From the sequence record OZ317122.1: a stretch of DNA of 64,000 nucleotides; one strand, given 5' to 3'. This document shows positions 61,452-64,000 of the stretch, piece after piece. The notes under the pieces are model-generated. The model made no database searches and was not told where the DNA came from. It saw only the letters and a program-made list of their open reading frames with translations. The translations under genes and the position numbers were made by a program. Source of the stretch: a phage. Each line of letters begins with the position of its first letter. Within the stretch, counting starts at the first letter, position 1.

Positions 61452-61772
61452 TTATTCTTTAAATCTAATCAATTTATTCATAGACTTTGAAACTTCTGCA
61501 CGAACCTCATGTAGATTTTTGAGCTGTTCAAGACGCTGCGTATAGTAAGCAATTTCATCTTCTTCGAGACAGTCCTGTGAATCTTCTTTAAGATACCGTG
61601 CATAGTCCTGGAAAGCGTTACGGACTACTTCCTGGAAGTCATCAAGACTTTGAATTTTCTTAGGAGCAGCAGACACACGACGAGGGGCAGTATAATACTC
61701 ATAACCAAACCCTGCGCTTAATTGAGCCATTAGTATTTTTCCTCTGGTTGGAACACAGCACGACAAGCCCAC
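61452..61772 (-). CDS. hypothetical protein
   Basis: 106 aa ORF; early promoter at about 61410-61450. Confidence 0.5.
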   Translation of the reverse strand: MGLSCCVPTRGKILMAQLSAGFGYEYYTAPRRVSAAPKKIQSLDDFQEVVRNAFQDYARYLKEDSQDCLEEDEIAYYTQRLEQLKNLHEVRAEVSKSMNKLIRFKE

Positions 61773-62032
61773 ATACTGGCTTCTTTGAGTTTCGTTTTAG
61801 CAATAGCTAACTGATCGAGGCTTTCAGCATAATTCTTCGCGAGTTCAAAGTCTTCGCAATTATCTAGTGCTTCCCAGAATTCATCATATAAAGCATCAAA
61901 GATAAGTCCTAAACGAACTTCAGCGTCTTTAATAGCATTTACTTTACCGATTTTTTCGTCGGTATGTGGCTTATAACCTTTAATATCTTCAATCATATTT
62001 GACTTCCTCACCAGTACATAAATCGTATTCAA
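61730..62032 (-). CDS. hypothetical protein
   Basis: 100 aa ORF. Confidence 0.45.
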   Translation of the reverse strand: MNTIYVLVRKSNMIEDIKGYKPHTDEKIGKVNAIKDAEVRLGLIFDALYDEFWEALDNCEDFELAKNYAESLDQLAIAKTKLKEASMWACRAVFQPEEKY

Positions 62033-62210
62033 CTAAACGAATAGGTTCATGAATGCCATATCCCTGAACAGAAATTTCTGTCGTAGGATAAATTCCACTA
62101 ATATCACCCATATTCCACGCTTCATTAAATTGCTGTTCGCCTGAATTACTAAACCACTCGGCGAAAGCATTTAGCACATCTTCAGAACCTTCAATAATTA
62201 TCTTTGCCAT
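61989..62210 (-). CDS. hypothetical protein
   Basis: 73 aa ORF. Confidence 0.45.
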   Translation of the reverse strand: MAKIIIEGSEDVLNAFAEWFSNSGEQQFNEAWNMGDISGIYPTTEISVQGYGIHEPIRLVEYDLCTGEEVKYD

Positions 62211-62572
62211 TACAAACTCTCGGTGAAGGTACGAGCGATAACGTCGCGCTGCTGTTCCGGAGTCAGAGAGTTAAAGCGAACTGCATAACCGGATACACGG
62301 ATGGTCAGCTGCGGATATTTTTCCGGATGCTTAACTGCATCTTCCAGAGTTTCACGACGCAGAACGTTAACGTTCAGGTGTTGACCACCTTCAATTTTAA
62401 CTGTAGGCTGTTGCTCAATTTCAATTTCACGGGCATGCAAACCATAGAAAATTTCTGGGTCTACAAAAGAGTCCTCTTTAAAGGTTTTAGAGACAATAAT
62501 TCGTGCTTGAATACCATCTTCAAAATAAATAGTACCTTTATGTGTGCCTTCAAGAATTTGATATGCTTTCAT
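62210..62572 (-). CDS. autonomous glycyl radical cofactor (GrcA/YfiD-like)
   Basis: 120 aa; C-terminal RVSGYAVRF glycyl-radical motif; locally high GC. Confidence 0.75.
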   Translation of the reverse strand: MKAYQILEGTHKGTIYFEDGIQARIIVSKTFKEDSFVDPEIFYGLHAREIEIEQQPTVKIEGGQHLNVNVLRRETLEDAVKHPEKYPQLTIRVSGYAVRFNSLTPEQQRDVIARTFTESL

Positions 62573-62578
62573 ATAACC

Positions 62579-62959
62579 TCAATTAGAAAATAAATTTATC
62601 CAAGATTGTTCTTTAATTAAAAATGGCTCAGAATCATATGCCATTAAACTCTGTGTGATTAGTTCTTTAAAAGGCCCATCAATAAATTCCATGGTAAAAT
62701 ATGGAATTTTATTCATTAGCCGTGCATTAGGAGCCGTGCACAAAACTCTGCATCCTTTGAATACGCCTTTTTGTAATTTGTATTGCTTGGGATAAAATTC
62801 GCTCAAAATGTTATTTTTTGCCAAAATTTCAAAATGATTCACCAATTTATTTTTAATAGTTTTTGGCGAAAAATAAAGATATTCGAAAAGCTGAGTGTCT
62901 GTCATCATTGCATTCCGATTACGAAAAACTGTGGACGAGTAATACCACCAATGCAACAT
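62579..62959 (-). CDS. hypothetical protein
   Basis: 126 aa ORF. Confidence 0.5.
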   Translation of the reverse strand: MLHWWYYSSTVFRNRNAMMTDTQLFEYLYFSPKTIKNKLVNHFEILAKNNILSEFYPKQYKLQKGVFKGCRVLCTAPNARLMNKIPYFTMEFIDGPFKELITQSLMAYDSEPFLIKEQSWINLFSN

Positions 62960-63444
62960 TTAATATTACAGCAGCAGTGTACAGTGTCAATATGGACACT
63001 ATAAATCTTATCCATATCAGGAGATTTGACAGGCTCATCAATTATATACAAAATTCGCGAAAGTGATAAACCTCTGAACTTGCTTCCTTTATTACCAATA
63101 AAACTGCGCACAGAATCAGTAAATAAACGAAAACGTATATCATCATTAGAATAACGCGAAAATTCCTTTTTAATATTATCTGCGGAAATTTTAGCGTAAG
63201 CTGAAGTATTAGAAAGAACAATAACTGTTCCACCGTCATACAACCAATTAGCGGCAAAATTAGTTACTGCAGTTGATTTACCAGATTGACGCCCACCATC
63301 TAGTCGAAGTGTGCAATACTGTTTAAGTAAGTCTTCAAATGGTGGGATATAATCGTTTTTACAAATTTCTTCTACTCTAGCATTAGAATGGTGTGTAAAA
63401 GCATTCATCAGGGATAGATAAGGACCAGTTAAAAATGTTCTCAT
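62905..63444 (-). CDS. hypothetical protein with P-loop-like GRQSGKST
   Basis: 179 aa ORF; 5' part overlaps neighbour, start uncertain. Confidence 0.45.
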   Translation of the reverse strand: MRTFLTGPYLSLMNAFTHHSNARVEEICKNDYIPPFEDLLKQYCTLRLDGGRQSGKSTAVTNFAANWLYDGGTVIVLSNTSAYAKISADNIKKEFSRYSNDDIRFRLFTDSVRSFIGNKGSKFRGLSLSRILYIIDEPVKSPDMDKIYSVHIDTVHCCCNIKCCIGGITRPQFFVIGMQ

Positions 63445-63590
63445 TTTTGTTCTCTCTAGGTTTGGGCCATTCCATGGCGCATGAATTGTCCATTTCTGTA
63501 TTTACCCATTACCGCACTTGGGCTCGACCTTATTACAGGTTGGCGGGAATCCCTCACAGAATCATGAGGTCCAGGTTATTCCCATGTTAT

Positions 63591-64000
63591 TTAAATGTAA
63601 ATATTTTTGCCGTAATACTTATACCAGTGTGGCTTCATTAAAATTTTTTCATCGAGTCGTTGTTGACTCAACTTAATAGCTGATTTGCATGGATTATAAT
63701 CATTTTTCCATTCTACTGGAATATCGCTGATGTCAGGAACTTCAGTATCTTTTATACTGAACCCGCGTTTTAAGCATTCCGTTATAATGTCCGATTGACG
63801 CTTTCGCAAAAATTCTAACTTATCGTAAAAGAAAGTAACATGACCAGAACCTAAAATAAATTTAGAAGATATTTTAAAATCTTTAACGCGCTTACCGTTT
63901 GCCACATGCTTACGAACTATACCAAAAACACGCGGCAATTCACGGTATTCTGCGATTAAATGTTGATCAGCAAGTTCAGATACTAAAGTCAAATTAATAC
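63591..64000 (-). CDS. denV: endonuclease V (pyrimidine dimer DNA glycosylase), 5' end beyond window
   Basis: C-terminal 133+ aa ...[26 protein letters not shown]...; true ATG lies past position 64000. Confidence 0.85.
   Translation of the reverse strand, partial: INLTLVSELADQHLIAEYRELPRVFGIVRKHVANGKRVKDFKISSKFILGSGHVTFFYDKLEFLRKRQSDIITECLKRGFSIKDTEVPDISDIPVEWKNDYNPCKSAIKLSQQRLDEKILMKPHWYKYYGKNIYI

Noticed and set aside
63445-63590. tRNA gene in the GC-rich island
   Set aside because: No cloverleaf with the expected stem lengths and conserved T-loop could be drawn by eye; kept only as a structured non-coding candidate.

Overview
This window is the early/middle-gene arm of a T-even (T4-like, Tequatrovirus-type) coliphage genome, running from the 3' end of rIIA to a partial denV. 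Nearly all genes are on the minus strand, tightly packed, often joined by TAATTATG/ATGA stop-start overlaps. Recognisable core genes in order: rIIA, 39, dexA, dda, modA, modB, soc, 56, dam, 61, sp, dmd, 41, 40, uvsX, 42, imm, 43, regA, 62, 44, 45, rpbA, 46, 47, alpha-gt, 55, nrdH/nrdG/nrdD, 49, pin, nrdC, rI, tk, regB, denV. Gene calls rest on protein length, remembered N-terminal sequence and motifs; no database search was run. The layout looks T2/T6-like rather than T4 proper: gene 39 is one contiguous 606-aa ORF (no separate gene 60 or bypass), soc and 56 are 82 bp apart with no segF, the beta-gt locus holds a different 280-aa transferase, and nrdD has no intron. Regulatory signals include repeated early promoters (GTTTAC-N17-TATAAT on the minus strand), TATAAATA late promoters, and GC hairpins with UUCG tetraloops. 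Main second-look items: a perfect 55-bp tandem duplication that frameshifts nrdD; two free-standing homing endonucleases (GIY-YIG and HNH) sharing a zinc-finger module; a PD-(D/E)xK-like ORF overlapping dam; a P-loop ATPase plus nucleotidyltransferase-fold gene pair; a macro-domain gene; a run of four coiled-coil-tailed unknown proteins; and a GC-rich grcA-like gene. Coordinates of short motifs are read by eye and may be off by 1-3 nt.
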